A DNA stretch of 64,000 bases. It comes from a virus. Of the stretch, positions 48,998-58,885 are shown one piece after another. The first letter of the stretch is position 1. The number at the start of each line of letters is the position of its first letter. The DNA lies in IMG/VR virus record IMGVR_UViG_3300027777_000001, positions 1-64,000 of that record; one strand, given 5' to 3'. Position numbers and translations under genes: made by a program. The notes beneath the pieces are model-generated. The model saw only the letters and a list, made by a program, of their open reading frames with translations. It was not told where the DNA came from and searched no databases.

Positions 48998-49516
48998 TTA
49001 AAGGATTAGGTTCTTAGCCATACGCTGACCCATGAGACTTAAGGATTCAGAGTTCTTAGCCAGTAGGGTTTCGATCTTCTCCTCAGAGGCAGTACATACC
49101 CTACAAGGACAAGTGCTAATTAACTTGTTCAAGGGTGCGTGCATATAAGTGGGAAGCATCCGAAGGTAGTCTTTCAGACTGTCAGAGCTGTTGAGCACTT
49201 GGTTAAAGAAGTTCAAGACATAGGGCAGCTCATGGTCATTGAGTACTTTGATATCTTTAAGATATGTTTCCATCACAGAACGAAGCTCAGGCACCAAGCG
49301 ATTGAATTTCACAGGTGGTTTAGAGGTCTCTAGGGTATAGAGGTCTCCCCGATAGATAAATGACCTATGAGGGCTATTGATCAAGCCACTGTTCTGAGTG
49401 ATGAGAGCATCAATACGCTTCTTAAAATGCCTATCAATAGGAGCGTATAAGGTGTTGTAAAGCAGCTCCTTGATTTGCATCTTGGTTCTGGGGTCGTACT
49501 GTAGTGGGTCTGACAT
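48998..49516 (-). CDS. Hypothetical protein between helicase and polymerase
   Basis: 172-aa ORF; N4-like synteny. Confidence 0.65.
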   Translation of the reverse strand: MSDPLQYDPRTKMQIKELLYNTLYAPIDRHFKKRIDALITQNSGLINSPHRSFIYRGDLYTLETSKPPVKFNRLVPELRSVMETYLKDIKVLNDHELPYVLNFFNQVLNSSDSLKDYLRMLPTYMHAPLNKLISTCPCRVCTASEEKIETLLAKNSESLSLMGQRMAKNLIL

Positions 49517-49523
49517 ATATTGC

Positions 49524-50765
49524 CTAGGAGAAATCTCCGGTTAAGATCACTTGATGACGAGCACGACTGACTGAGACATACAGCATTCGAGCTATCTGAT
49601 CGCCTGAGTTACAGCGAGAGATATCATCAAGATCAATAAAGACACGGTCAAAGGTGGAACCCTGTGACTTATTAACGGTGCAGGCATACGCTGCACGTAG
49701 ATCGATCCATCTGTTCTCGATGGTTTCAATCAATGAGTAATCATCTTGTGCTCGAGCTAACTTAATTCGAGCACGTTTAGAAGCCAAGGTAATTGGACTA
49801 AACAAGGTAGCTGCGTTATCAAGGGTAAAGTAATGACCCATTACACCTGCCACTTCCTGTGGGTCTGAGATCTCAGTGATCTGAACCATTTGATCAGTCT
49901 TAAAGGATCGACTTCCATCACCCACGTATTTATTGCAGATAGCGTAATCACCAACTTGGAAATCAGGATCTCCTTTCACAGAGTCCCTGATAGCGTGGTT
50001 GTAATTAATGACACACTTGTTTGTCCAAGCCAAGACTTTGCTATCTTTGAAGTTCCAGTTTGGTTTGTTGAACTCGAGCTCCACAGCCGCATCAAAGTCT
50101 GCTCGAGACATATGGGTGATCGCTGTCCCATCAGGTTTAAAGCTAAAGAAGACCCCAGTGTTCACGGTCTCTCTGAACTTGGTTGAGAGATCGATAATGG
50201 GATGCCCCTCAGCTTGTCTAACCACTTGGCTCAAATGAGCCCCAGGGAAATTGCATTCAAAGACTGGAGTGTGGGTAGACCTCACAGGGGTAAGTTGAGC
50301 AGGATCGCCCATAAAGACAATCTTGCAATTCTTGGTGGTCTTAAAGATTAGATCCAAGAGGTTCTTATCGACGTAACTGGCTTCATCAATAAAGATGAGC
50401 GTGTCTTCCACAATAGCCTTGGTTCGGGCTACAAGGGTTGTGACGTTGGTTGTGTAGTCGGTCTTCACAATCAGCCCTAGGAAGGCATGGATCGTCTGTG
50501 CGGGCTGGCCTGTGACGTAGGCCAAGGCTTCTGCTGCCTTGTTAGTGGTAGCGGTTAAAGCCACACTCAAGGATTTAACCTTTGGGTTCAGTAGACGAGC
50601 TACTTTGAGAATCCCGTCATACTTTTCTAGGATGACACGGGTTAAGGTAGATTTCCCCGTGCCACTGTAGCCAGACAAGACCCACACAGGTTCTGTTGGA
50701 TCAACAAGAAAGGTGACAAACGAATCCAGTGCAGCTTGCTGGTCGGTGGTAAGGGTAATTGCCAT
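49524..50765 (-). CDS. SF1 (Dda/RecD-like) DNA helicase
   Basis: GYSGTGKS, IDEAS, GDPAQL, VRQ, TVNKSQGST, YVSVSRA. Confidence 0.92.
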   Translation of the reverse strand: MAITLTTDQQAALDSFVTFLVDPTEPVWVLSGYSGTGKSTLTRVILEKYDGILKVARLLNPKVKSLSVALTATTNKAAEALAYVTGQPAQTIHAFLGLIVKTDYTTNVTTLVARTKAIVEDTLIFIDEASYVDKNLLDLIFKTTKNCKIVFMGDPAQLTPVRSTHTPVFECNFPGAHLSQVVRQAEGHPIIDLSTKFRETVNTGVFFSFKPDGTAITHMSRADFDAAVELEFNKPNWNFKDSKVLAWTNKCVINYNHAIRDSVKGDPDFQVGDYAICNKYVGDGSRSFKTDQMVQITEISDPQEVAGVMGHYFTLDNAATLFSPITLASKRARIKLARAQDDYSLIETIENRWIDLRAAYACTVNKSQGSTFDRVFIDLDDISRCNSGDQIARMLYVSVSRARHQVILTGDFS

Positions 50766-50768
50766 GGG

Positions 50769-51092
50769 TTACTCCGTAGTCACTAATTCTGGTTGAGGGT
50801 TCTCGATTTGTTCCAACGCATCAATGGTGACATTTAATAATGCAGCCATCTTGCGTTTGCGATAATCAGATCGAGAAATAATGGTGACTCGGACATCATC
50901 TTTAGTTAATGGTCTTACTGGGCTACCAGAACCATAATCATCAATTTTCTCGGCATTAGATAATGTATCTAGTAATGCTAAGCCTTCTTTATAAGGCAAA
51001 ATAACGGATAGTGAGTAACCAAAGTTAATTGATAAATAGCCACTAATTGGTTTATTCTCGTCAACTATTTTTAATGCCTGTGCATAATCCAT
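50769..51092 (-). CDS. Hypothetical protein
   Basis: 107-aa ORF in operon. Confidence 0.6.
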   Translation of the reverse strand: MDYAQALKIVDENKPISGYLSINFGYSLSVILPYKEGLALLDTLSNAEKIDDYGSGSPVRPLTKDDVRVTIISRSDYRKRKMAALLNVTIDALEQIENPQPELVTTE

Positions 51093-51097
51093 AATAA

Positions 51098-52201
51098 TTA
51101 ACCTTTAATTTCGTAATGAATAACTTTCCCGAATGGGGCTTTGAATTTCTTATTATTATGTATTAACCAGATAACCTTAGATTTAATAATCGGATTATCA
51201 GCATGGAAATGAAAATGACCATCGGTGAATATTAATAATAACTGTGGTTTATTAATAACTGCCCAATTTAATAATGGGCCAATCTCTGTCCCGCCTCGTC
51301 CTTCAAAGCGAACCTTGCGTAGATCATTAATAGATTTCAATACAGAAACTTCTTTAATCTTTGTATCGAATTGGATTAATGAAATCTTGCTTGGCTTCAT
51401 GGTTTTAAATATAGAAGCGGTCTCAGTAATAATCATCGAGTAATCGTGATCTGAGACTGAGCCTGACGTATCTGTACCTACAGCGATATCGAGTAACGCC
51501 TCGCTATACAGGCTAGGCAAGTAATGGTCTGGGTAATACCTACGATTAGGCTTGGCATAGCTGTAATCATTCTTGGCTAAGCTTTTGAGGTCTCGTTTGA
51601 ATATCCGGTTCCAAGGAAGCTTCGGAGTGAGTAAGTTATCCAAGAAGATTTGAACTTCCCCAGGAATAGTCCCAGGCTTATCTTCAGCCATCTTGGATTG
51701 AATGGATGCACGGATGAGGATGTCTTTAATAGCCTCATCAAAGTCCTCAGGAGGGCTTTCTAGGTCAGGCCATGGACATCCTTTGGGAATGTCTGGATCC
51801 TCTAAGAGGAGCCTGTAGACCTCCTCTGTGGACATCCCTTTATACTTGGCATCATATAGACCCATCTTAGGCATCTTGTAGCCCAGAGAGATGAGCAAAG
51901 CATTGATCACATAATCAGCAGCAATGTTCCATAATTGTGGGTCTCGATCCGCTAAGCGGCTCATATGTACCAGTACTACATGGAGCGTCTCATGAAGGAG
52001 TAGGAATAGACGTTCTTCAGCATCCAGAGACATGAAGAAGTCGGAGTTAAATTTGATGTACTTACCATTTGTGCAAGCCGTGGCTTGGGTGTTATCCCAA
52101 AGATGCACCAAGCTAAATAAGACAGTGGTAAAGAAAGTTGAATCTGGATGCAGCATCAACTGAATCTTGGCTTTATTTAATGCAAGTTGATGGGCTTCCA
52201 T
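51098..52201 (-). CDS. Metallopeptidase-like plus vWA domain protein, N4 gp25-like
   Basis: HETLH zincin motif, WNIAADYVIN, MIDAS DTSGS, GRGGT, FTDG. Confidence 0.88.
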   Translation of the reverse strand: MEAHQLALNKAKIQLMLHPDSTFFTTVLFSLVHLWDNTQATACTNGKYIKFNSDFFMSLDAEERLFLLLHETLHVVLVHMSRLADRDPQLWNIAADYVINALLISLGYKMPKMGLYDAKYKGMSTEEVYRLLLEDPDIPKGCPWPDLESPPEDFDEAIKDILIRASIQSKMAEDKPGTIPGEVQIFLDNLLTPKLPWNRIFKRDLKSLAKNDYSYAKPNRRYYPDHYLPSLYSEALLDIAVGTDTSGSVSDHDYSMIITETASIFKTMKPSKISLIQFDTKIKEVSVLKSINDLRKVRFEGRGGTEIGPLLNWAVINKPQLLLIFTDGHFHFHADNPIIKSKVIWLIHNNKKFKAPFGKVIHYEIKG

Positions 52202-52218
52202 TATGTGCTCTTTATAAT

Positions 52219-52243
52219 AAAAAAAGAGAGCACTAGGCTCTCT
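52219..52243 (-). terminator. Intrinsic terminator
   Basis: AGAGAGC-actag-GCTCTCT with an adjacent A-run. Confidence 0.7.
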
Positions 52244-52288
52244 ACGGGATTATGTGCGGGGAGCGCACCTGATTAATATTAATAATAA

Positions 52289-52738
52289 CTAACCTGTGAT
52301 TAATCGTCTGGCTCTATATATTCTGCCATATTCGATTTGATTATCCCAAGAGGGTTCTGCAACACTTTCACTGAAGGTATTAATATAATAAATTAATCCA
52401 GCGTGATCATTCTTTAATTCTTCAAGAGTATTTAAACTTGGATAACGCTCATTTTGTAGAACCATTTTTCTAATGAGTTTACCTGTACTAGAGAACCTTA
52501 CATAATGATCTTCCCCATCCATGGATCTATCACTATCGGCAGATATATTAAATGGAATACCTAATTTACATATTCTTGTACAAAGGTCGGGTTCAAGACT
52601 TTCACTATCAGAACTAAAATAATATGTATTAATACCTTGCCATGCTTGCCAACTATCTTTTCTATCACCTAATCGACTTTTAATCATAGGAAAGATAATC
52701 GGGTGTAATACAGACAACGTAGATAATGTAGTATCCAT
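52289..52738 (-). CDS. Hypothetical protein (AT-rich)
   Basis: 149 aa, AAGGA RBS. Confidence 0.6.
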   Translation of the reverse strand: MDTTLSTLSVLHPIIFPMIKSRLGDRKDSWQAWQGINTYYFSSDSESLEPDLCTRICKLGIPFNISADSDRSMDGEDHYVRFSSTGKLIRKMVLQNERYPSLNTLEELKNDHAGLIYYINTFSESVAEPSWDNQIEYGRIYRARRLITG

Positions 52739-52804
52739 AACAATCCTTATTATTAATAATGGGGAATTAATAATCTATTATTAATATTATTAATCCCCAC
52801 TGTA

Positions 52805-53821
52805 TTAAGTAAATATGTCCACACTTGTTTTCTGAGACCATGTAATGATGGCGATGTGTCCAGCTAAAGCCACATTTCGTTTAATGGTTTCCCTCAGACA
52901 GACCACTTGAAACTCGGTAGGGAACCTATAGATGTAGCGCATCAAGGTGGTCAGGTTCTTATCCGTAGCGTTATGAGCCATGGAGCTACACATTGCCCAG
53001 ACAATTGAAGGCTCAGTTGGTACGGCAATCAGATCAGGGCTTGCCATGACTTCGATGATCGTAGGAATACTTGCGAACATCTTGCGATGGGACATGAATT
53101 CCCGTGCAGCACCCTCAGCAATGCAGCCTGAGATCAAGCGCAGCATATTGGGGTCATTGGGTACAGCAGTCTTTAAGACACGATCCACAAAGCCCCAAGT
53201 CCTTGGGCAAGCAAAGGTCTTGTCTGAGTGATCAGGATCAAAGTTATGCAGGATTCCGGGTTTGAACTTGATAAAGGAGGTAATACTTGGATCGATATGA
53301 TGGGTTGCTGCCCAATCCAACCATTCCAAGTGATTCCCTTCCAACTCAATGTGAACCAGCCTAGATTGCAAGGCTGTACTCATGGGTTCAACCAAGGCGT
53401 TGTCTGAATCCTTATTACCTGCACAGACGATGGCTACTTTGGAATGCAGACGCTTTTGCCCGACCATCTTATCCAAGACAATCTTGTAACTAGCTTTCTG
53501 TACGTTCTCGGTAGCCCCGTTGAACTCATCCAAGAAGAGCAGCCAACCTGAGTAACCCTCAGGAAGAGGATCACCTTCAAGAGGGAAGGTATCCATAGGC
53601 ACATAAGATGCACGATCTACGCCTAGCTTAGGAAAGCCATTGAGATCACTTGGATCACATTGGGAGAGCCTAAGATCGATGACCAGTAGGTTGAAATCAG
53701 CAGCGATCTGTTTGATCATGTCTGACTTACCCATCCCTGGGCTGCCTGTCATCATCGGCACCAAACCTGCTTTGATGTAGGTGACAAGCATTGATGATGC
53801 TTGGCTAATATAAGTTTCCAT
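52805..53821 (-). CDS. AAA+ ATPase (MoxR-like), N4 gp24-like
   Basis: GSPGMGKS, LFLDE, AGN, ALQSR, PRTW. Confidence 0.88.
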   Translation of the reverse strand: METYISQASSMLVTYIKAGLVPMMTGSPGMGKSDMIKQIAADFNLLVIDLRLSQCDPSDLNGFPKLGVDRASYVPMDTFPLEGDPLPEGYSGWLLFLDEFNGATENVQKASYKIVLDKMVGQKRLHSKVAIVCAGNKDSDNALVEPMSTALQSRLVHIELEGNHLEWLDWAATHHIDPSITSFIKFKPGILHNFDPDHSDKTFACPRTWGFVDRVLKTAVPNDPNMLRLISGCIAEGAAREFMSHRKMFASIPTIIEVMASPDLIAVPTEPSIVWAMCSSMAHNATDKNLTTLMRYIYRFPTEFQVVCLRETIKRNVALAGHIAIITWSQKTSVDIFT

Positions 53822-53824
53822 GGT

Positions 53825-54043
53825 TTAGTCCAGATTTAATTGATGGATAACGGGGAGCTTGAGCTTTAAATTAAGCTGCAAGAAGTTGATACTGTCGGTC
53901 TTGAATTCCATGTCTTCACGGTTGCTAAGACACTGACCGAGGTAAGTGTGTAAGCCCTCGAGGTATTCCCAAGCGAGAGCGTCTGTCTTATATTTCTCAG
54001 TAATGGCTTCGTATCTGAAGCTATGGGTTACGGGCATAATCAT
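53825..54043 (-). CDS. Hypothetical protein
   Basis: ATGA-coupled 72-aa ORF. Confidence 0.5.
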   Translation of the reverse strand: MIMPVTHSFRYEAITEKYKTDALAWEYLEGLHTYLGQCLSNREDMEFKTDSINFLQLNLKLKLPVIHQLNLD

Positions 54044-54210
54044 TCACCTGCATTAAGTTTGGTTAATCCACGATGCATGGCCTTGATTGCTTGGCGTTTC
54101 ATTCGACGCTTCGCACAGGCTGCATACTTGTTTCCTGATTGGGGAGCACAACAGTGACACTTCATTCCCCCCGGCCCCACTAGGGTGAAGCGTTTAAAGA
54201 GACCTTTCAT
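54040..54210 (-). CDS. Small basic Cys-containing protein
   Basis: ATGA-coupled start MKGLF; GPGGMKCHCC. Confidence 0.55.
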   Translation of the reverse strand: MKGLFKRFTLVGPGGMKCHCCAPQSGNKYAACAKRRMKRQAIKAMHRGLTKLNAGE

Positions 54211-54542
54211 GCTTCTTGCCTTAGTTCTTGGATCATCCATTCGATCCATGCAATGCGTCCTAGCTGAAACATGAGCTCTTTGTTTGGTGATTGGTTCAGT
54301 AATGCTGGATGGTTAACTGCAATCCAATCTACATAGGTATTTTGATCTCCAAGAGACTTTAATATCCAGTCTCGTAAATACCTGTAATCAGCTAATACTC
54401 CACTAAATTCTCTTAACTCTTGCGCTGCATAGTGGAGTGCATAGCAAATGTAGAGACCCCGATTAGCCGAAATTAACTTTTTTGAGTAGTTAAGGAGGTA
54501 AATACATACCATCCTGTCGTGCTCAATAAGCTTTCGTTTCAT
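54207..54542 (-). CDS. Hypothetical protein
   Basis: 111 aa, GAGG RBS; YIC.AL and R.AWI.W. Confidence 0.6.
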   Translation of the reverse strand: MKRKLIEHDRMVCIYLLNYSKKLISANRGLYICYALHYAAQELREFSGVLADYRYLRDWILKSLGDQNTYVDWIAVNHPALLNQSPNKELMFQLGRIAWIEWMIQELRQEA

Positions 54543-54550
54543 GGATCACC

Positions 54551-54715
54551 TCATTCAAAGAAAGCAACGATTCCAATCAGAGACAGGAATCCAAGGGCAA
54601 TCAAGATTCCCTGGCCAACACGGGCTACCCCTGTACTAATCTTGGATTCAAGATGGGTTTGTTGAGCGAGTCTGTCTAACTCATGCCAGCCTTGGCTATG
54701 GTGGCTGCGCTTCAT
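54551..54715 (-). CDS. Small membrane protein (not in ORF track)
   Basis: Hand translation MKRSHHSQG...LIALGFLSLIGIVAFFE, 54 aa, ATGA-coupled. Confidence 0.55.
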   Translation of the reverse strand: MKRSHHSQGWHELDRLAQQTHLESKISTGVARVGQGILIALGFLSLIGIVAFFE

Positions 54716-54891
54716 CGATCGATCGACTCACGACCACCCATAGAACGGGTGTAGAGCAGGCCTGTGGAGCCAATGGACATGACACTAGGTTGCGCCAGTG
54801 CAGCACGCTGGGCGTTGATCTGCATGGCTAGGTTGTGGCTATAAGCCTTTGGTGGGGAGACTGTCTGATTCAGGGCTGTGGTTGTTTTCAT
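54712..54891 (-). CDS. Hypothetical protein
   Basis: Start placed at MKTTT. Confidence 0.4.
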   Translation of the reverse strand: MKTTTALNQTVSPPKAYSHNLAMQINAQRAALAQPSVMSIGSTGLLYTRSMGGRESIDR

Positions 54892-55057
54892 CTTGGACTC
54901 GAAGTAGGGTGTTGTGATAGGTGTACAGAATCGCTGCCATGTCATTGGGCTTGGCGATAGGAAGCATGGATTGAGCAAGGTCGATCACATCTTGCAACTT
55001 ATCGAGAGTCGGATAGACTCCCATGGCATGAGGGACTGGATTAGTGCTGTGTTTCAA
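54839..55057 (-). CDS. Small hypothetical protein
   Basis: TTG start after GGAG; YPT..LPI..TYHNTLL. Confidence 0.5.
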   Translation of the reverse strand: MKHSTNPVPHAMGVYPTLDKLQDVIDLAQSMLPIAKPNDMAAILYTYHNTLLRVQDENNHSPESDSLPTKGL

Positions 55058-55472
55058 GATGGATCTGCTCCGGTGTTGATTCAGCAGGCAAGCCTTCTTG
55101 AACACGTTGAGCTTTGATCTGCTCGATGATCTTGGCAATCCCACTGGAATAGAACAAGCCAGCCAATTGACCTGAGGTGCAACTGTTTAGATACTCTTGG
55201 ACATTTGCAGGGGTTAAGGCAGGCGTTGAGAGGGCTCTGGCAAGGCCTTCTGGCTCCAAGCTGTATTCATCCACGATAGCCATGAAAGACCGGATACGGT
55301 CTGTTATACGGTTCACAGGAGGTGGTGAGATTCCAGCCTCTACGAGCACACGGTTGACAGTCCGTTTAGAGGTCTTAAACTTTTCTGCGAGCTCGGTTTG
55401 GTTGAATATATCAGCCCGAAACCAGTCGGCAAGGAGTTGCTTTTCAGCAAGGGAAATACACTTTACGGTCAT
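55041..55472 (-). CDS. HTH DNA-binding protein
   Basis: NQTELAEKFKTSKRTVNRVL helix-turn-helix. Confidence 0.7.
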   Translation of the reverse strand: MTVKCISLAEKQLLADWFRADIFNQTELAEKFKTSKRTVNRVLVEAGISPPPVNRITDRIRSFMAIVDEYSLEPEGLARALSTPALTPANVQEYLNSCTSGQLAGLFYSSGIAKIIEQIKAQRVQEGLPAESTPEQIHLETQH

Positions 55473-55583
55473 TTTGAAATCCTAGTTAGGGTATCGGTCG
55501 CTTTAGTCAAAAATCAGATTTTTGAAAAGTTAGACTATGTATTGGGGCAAAATAGAAGTCTGCTAAAACTTCTATAAATGGAC

Positions 55584-55610
55584 AAAAAAAAAGAGACCCC
55601 GAAGGGTCTC
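55584..55610 (-). terminator. Intrinsic terminator after RNAP II genes
   Basis: Minus strand GAGACCC-TTCG-GGGTCTC then T9. Confidence 0.85.
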
Positions 55611-55663
55611 AATCTATATTTCACCGACTTCCCGGAGGGAAGCTCTGTGAGTACTTCTAATAG

Positions 55664-57738
55664 TTATGACAAGGCATAGTTCCCTAGCCTGATGTGTACG
55701 CCTAGGTCTTTACTCTTCTTCATCCACTTTCCCTTGTAGCCAGTGATCTGGGTAAGAACATCGGACAAGATCTCACTCTCGGCTAGATCAGCCATCACGT
55801 AGATGTACTGTTGACGAAGATGGTTCAGGTTATTAGGGTGACACTTGAACTCATCATGGATCGTCACTAGAGGGAAGGGTGCATACATCTGCATCTGGTC
55901 GATGAGAGTAGACAACTTCTCTAAGTGTGCTGTGGATAACTGATCCACAGTCTTGGTTGTTAGATGAGGCAGGATCACCACATCAGCTAACTTGCTACGG
56001 TTGAACTGCTCGATGTAATACATTGTTTTACCTGACAAGGCAGGTGAGCTGAAGTTTGGATACATTCTTCGGACATCTAATGTGTCCTTGATTAGAGCCT
56101 GAGCATTGCTGACAACTACTGGATCGTAGTTACAACGCCTGTGCATAGCCCGTAATACGTAACCATCGATGCTATGTATACAATTCGCCGCCAGTGATAA
56201 TCCCTTCTTAGTCCCTACATTGTCATAGTAGGTATAGGTGAAGGTGGCATGATCTAACTCATCAACCTCGATGCGTGCATCGATCTTGTCCATGACTTTG
56301 ACCTTGGCATCATACCCATCGGGTAATTGCCAAGCGTGCTCCAAAGCCCATGGTTGCCATGATGCAAGCAGGTCTTGGAGAAGCTCCCAAGGCCCGGGTG
56401 CCACGATCTGAGCTGCCTGATAGAAGGCATCCAGTTCAGGACTATCCTCGCCAAATATGGCTTTGGGAGTCTTTTTACTACCGTAGAAAGCAATGTGTTC
56501 AGGATAGTTCGTTAAGCTATCCCCGCTTTATTCAAGCTGCTATGTATTCCTACATAGATCAGACTATATCTTCACCCATCACTGGGGTTCTGCGCTTCCA
56601 CCCACTTGGGTGTACTCCCTTACGGGATAGTCGTTGCACCTTTTACAACAGCTTTACACATCTGGATAAATAGTTCTTCATCCAAATCGCCTTTTGCTCT
56701 ATTAACAGCCCATGCTACCCATTGAACATTACCCTGTGTGTACCCTAATTTAGGTTGCAGTTTGTCAATTGACAATCCAGCAGGGTGTTCTTTTTCAACG
56801 AATAGTGATTGGTTGGTGTATTTACACTTCCCATTTTGCTGTTTCCAGAGGTCAAGCATATATTCCATAGTGATATTAAATGGGCGTTCGTTTCGTTTGT
56901 TGTTGGTTTTTGCTGAAGATATCCTCTGGCAAATAGCAGAAACTAACTTACGTTCGTCCCCTTTATATGGTGCAAATCGGCCTGTGCCATCGTAGCCTTT
57001 ATGTTTAGCTCGCCATTCTCTAGCTTCTTTTGCTAGACACACACGACATTCTGGTTTGAAATCAGCAATGACGTTGGCGTTGAATTGTGAGCTGTTTTTA
57101 CTTTTGGCGGGGCCGTATGCATTTAAAGGTTTAATTTCATTACAGATCCGACAGGTTTTCATCGTATTCCTATAGGTAAAGTCATAGAAGTATTTTACGA
57201 TTATTTCTACGGAATAGCTATCATAACTTGGCTCAGGATTGTCCTTATTTTTCAATAGTGGGATGTTCCCTGAGTTCACAGAATTGCGTATTTCTAGTTG
57301 CCTAGAAAGTGACCCCTTTTATTCTAAGGTCATTAGACACTTCTTGGCATCTGCTCGAGGGATTGTGATGTTGCTCCCCAAGATGGCATTCATCGTATCT
57401 GTGGTCAGGGTGTATGCGTCTGCTCGGACATTGGGGTTCGTTAAGCCCGTAGACGCAGCACCCGCAGGGCATCCTGTGATAGCAGCCATGATCTGAATGC
57501 CTGAACATACAGCATCAAATCCAACCAAGTGTCCAGAGGGTTCCCCCCTCTGTGCTGCTCGGATAGCTTGGCAAGCCTTCATGTACAAAGGCTTCTTATC
57601 AGCCTGATCTACTAGGCTCTCTAAGATATCCAAGTTAGCCTCGGCCCATGTAATACGTTCCTCGAATAGAAGTTTGTCGATACCGAATTGGTTTGCGACA
57701 TCAATGAGTAAGTACTGCCAGCCTGTGAAGGTTTGCAT
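55664..57738 (-). CDS. RNA polymerase II large subunit (N4 gp16-like), two exons: 57738-57327 and 56490-55664
   Basis: Exon 1 has FDAVCSGIQ (motif A); the join gives RADAKKCLMTSFYGS (motif B); exon 2 has IHSIDG and IHDEF (motif C); 412+827 nt = 413 codons in frame. Confidence 0.9.
56491..57326 (-). mobile_element. Group I intron (836 nt) in the RNAP II gene
   Basis: P1 UGACCU/GGGUCA with U.G at the 5' splice site; P GAACUCAGGGAA, Q AAUCCUGAGCCAAG, R GCAACGACUA, S AAGAUAUAGUC; terminal G. Confidence 0.9.
56620..57162 (-). CDS. Intron-encoded homing endonuclease (HNH/His-Me-finger-like)
   Basis: CRIC..CRVC N-terminus; SIDK..P.LGY..GNVQW....N.AK; lies between Q and R elements. Confidence 0.8.
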   Translation of the reverse strand: MKTCRICNEIKPLNAYGPAKSKNSSQFNANVIADFKPECRVCLAKEAREWRAKHKGYDGTGRFAPYKGDERKLVSAICQRISSAKTNNKRNERPFNITMEYMLDLWKQQNGKCKYTNQSLFVEKEHPAGLSIDKLQPKLGYTQGNVQWVAWAVNRAKGDLDEELFIQMCKAVVKGATTIP

Positions 57739-57748
57739 GATTAGACCT

Positions 57749-57967
57749 TTATGGGAATAGAATTGCCATGGCACGGATGTGCTTGGGTATGTTGTCGTGA
57801 TTGGGTATCCACTGCCAATCGTATCCGCCGATACCTTTATCCATACAGAGGTACCAATTTTCTCCAAATTTCTTATATGTTCCTAAAATCCGTTCGGTAC
57901 CCCAATCATCCCCATTGGGGAAGACTAGAACCTCACCGTTGGGACTGAAGTGATACTTTGATTTCAT
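57749..57967 (-). CDS. Hypothetical protein between RNAP II subunit genes
   Basis: ATGA-coupled 72-aa ORF. Confidence 0.55.
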   Translation of the reverse strand: MKSKYHFSPNGEVLVFPNGDDWGTERILGTYKKFGENWYLCMDKGIGGYDWQWIPNHDNIPKHIRAMAILFP

Positions 57968-58872
57968 GTTGGAACTCCTGTAACAACCTCTTCATTGAAG
58001 AGCTCGATGCTTGCCTTCTTGAAGGGTGTGCCTTGGGTGTTGATGTGATAGCCGCAGGAATAGATACGGCCTCTCTTGTCAACCTTGTGGGTTAACCAGA
58101 ACTTATTACCTTGGTTCACTAAGAGACTGTAGAAGCCATAAGACTGAGTCTTAAAGTCTTGCCATAGACTGATCTGCTCTTGGTTCTTGGCTACGAACGT
58201 AGGCTCCTCTTCAACACTAGATAAGAACTCAGTGTTGATCTTTAGAGGAACTTGGTTCATTAGATTCAGAACATCTAAGCAGATGTCTCCACCATGGTGA
58301 TTACCTTGACCCAGTATCAATGAATCATTGTGGGTCAAGTAACCTGAGCTGTAGTTGCTAGTGAGCTCCAGTGGACTACACACCATGGGTGGTAAGTAGC
58401 TACTGTTACGCACAAAGTCTAGAGTCTGCTTGGTTAAGAAGATCCTAGACACCACTGTTAAGCTCGCTGTCCTACCTACCTTACCAATGTCAAAGGCATC
58501 GGTTAAGCATAGTATGGCTAAGATCTCAGCGACTGTTGTGACTGCTTGTACTCGGTCACTGAACTTCAATCGACTCGCCATCTGTGCTGCAACAGAAGAC
58601 AACATCTCTTCTTTCTGGAAGTAACAGATACCTACGAAGATGTCTGTCACCAAGGTCTCGAAGTCTAGCCCTTCAAGCTGGGCTATCCTTCTATTCTTGG
58701 ATTCATAGTAGGTACCTGCTGCATACTTCTCCAGAAGTTCTACACCTTCTTGTATCTTGGCTTGAGTATCAGGGTTGTCCCTGATGTCACCAGAGATATA
58801 ACCGTCAATGAACTTACGGCTATATCTTTCCTCATTGGCTTCTTGCATGAAGATCTGCTTCAAAGTATCCAT
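57964..58872 (-). CDS. RNA polymerase II small subunit (N4 gp15-like)
   Basis: PPMV..P, SGYLT, DKRGRIY (DxxGR) motifs. Confidence 0.9.
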   Translation of the reverse strand: MDTLKQIFMQEANEERYSRKFIDGYISGDIRDNPDTQAKIQEGVELLEKYAAGTYYESKNRRIAQLEGLDFETLVTDIFVGICYFQKEEMLSSVAAQMASRLKFSDRVQAVTTVAEILAILCLTDAFDIGKVGRTASLTVVSRIFLTKQTLDFVRNSSYLPPMVCSPLELTSNYSSGYLTHNDSLILGQGNHHGGDICLDVLNLMNQVPLKINTEFLSSVEEEPTFVAKNQEQISLWQDFKTQSYGFYSLLVNQGNKFWLTHKVDKRGRIYSCGYHINTQGTPFKKASIELFNEEVVTGVPT

Positions 58873-58885
58873 GCCTACTCCAAGA

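Noticed and set aside
55664-57867. RNAP II pseudogene or two separate genes
   Set aside because: The break is fully explained by a group I intron whose removal restores frame and motif B
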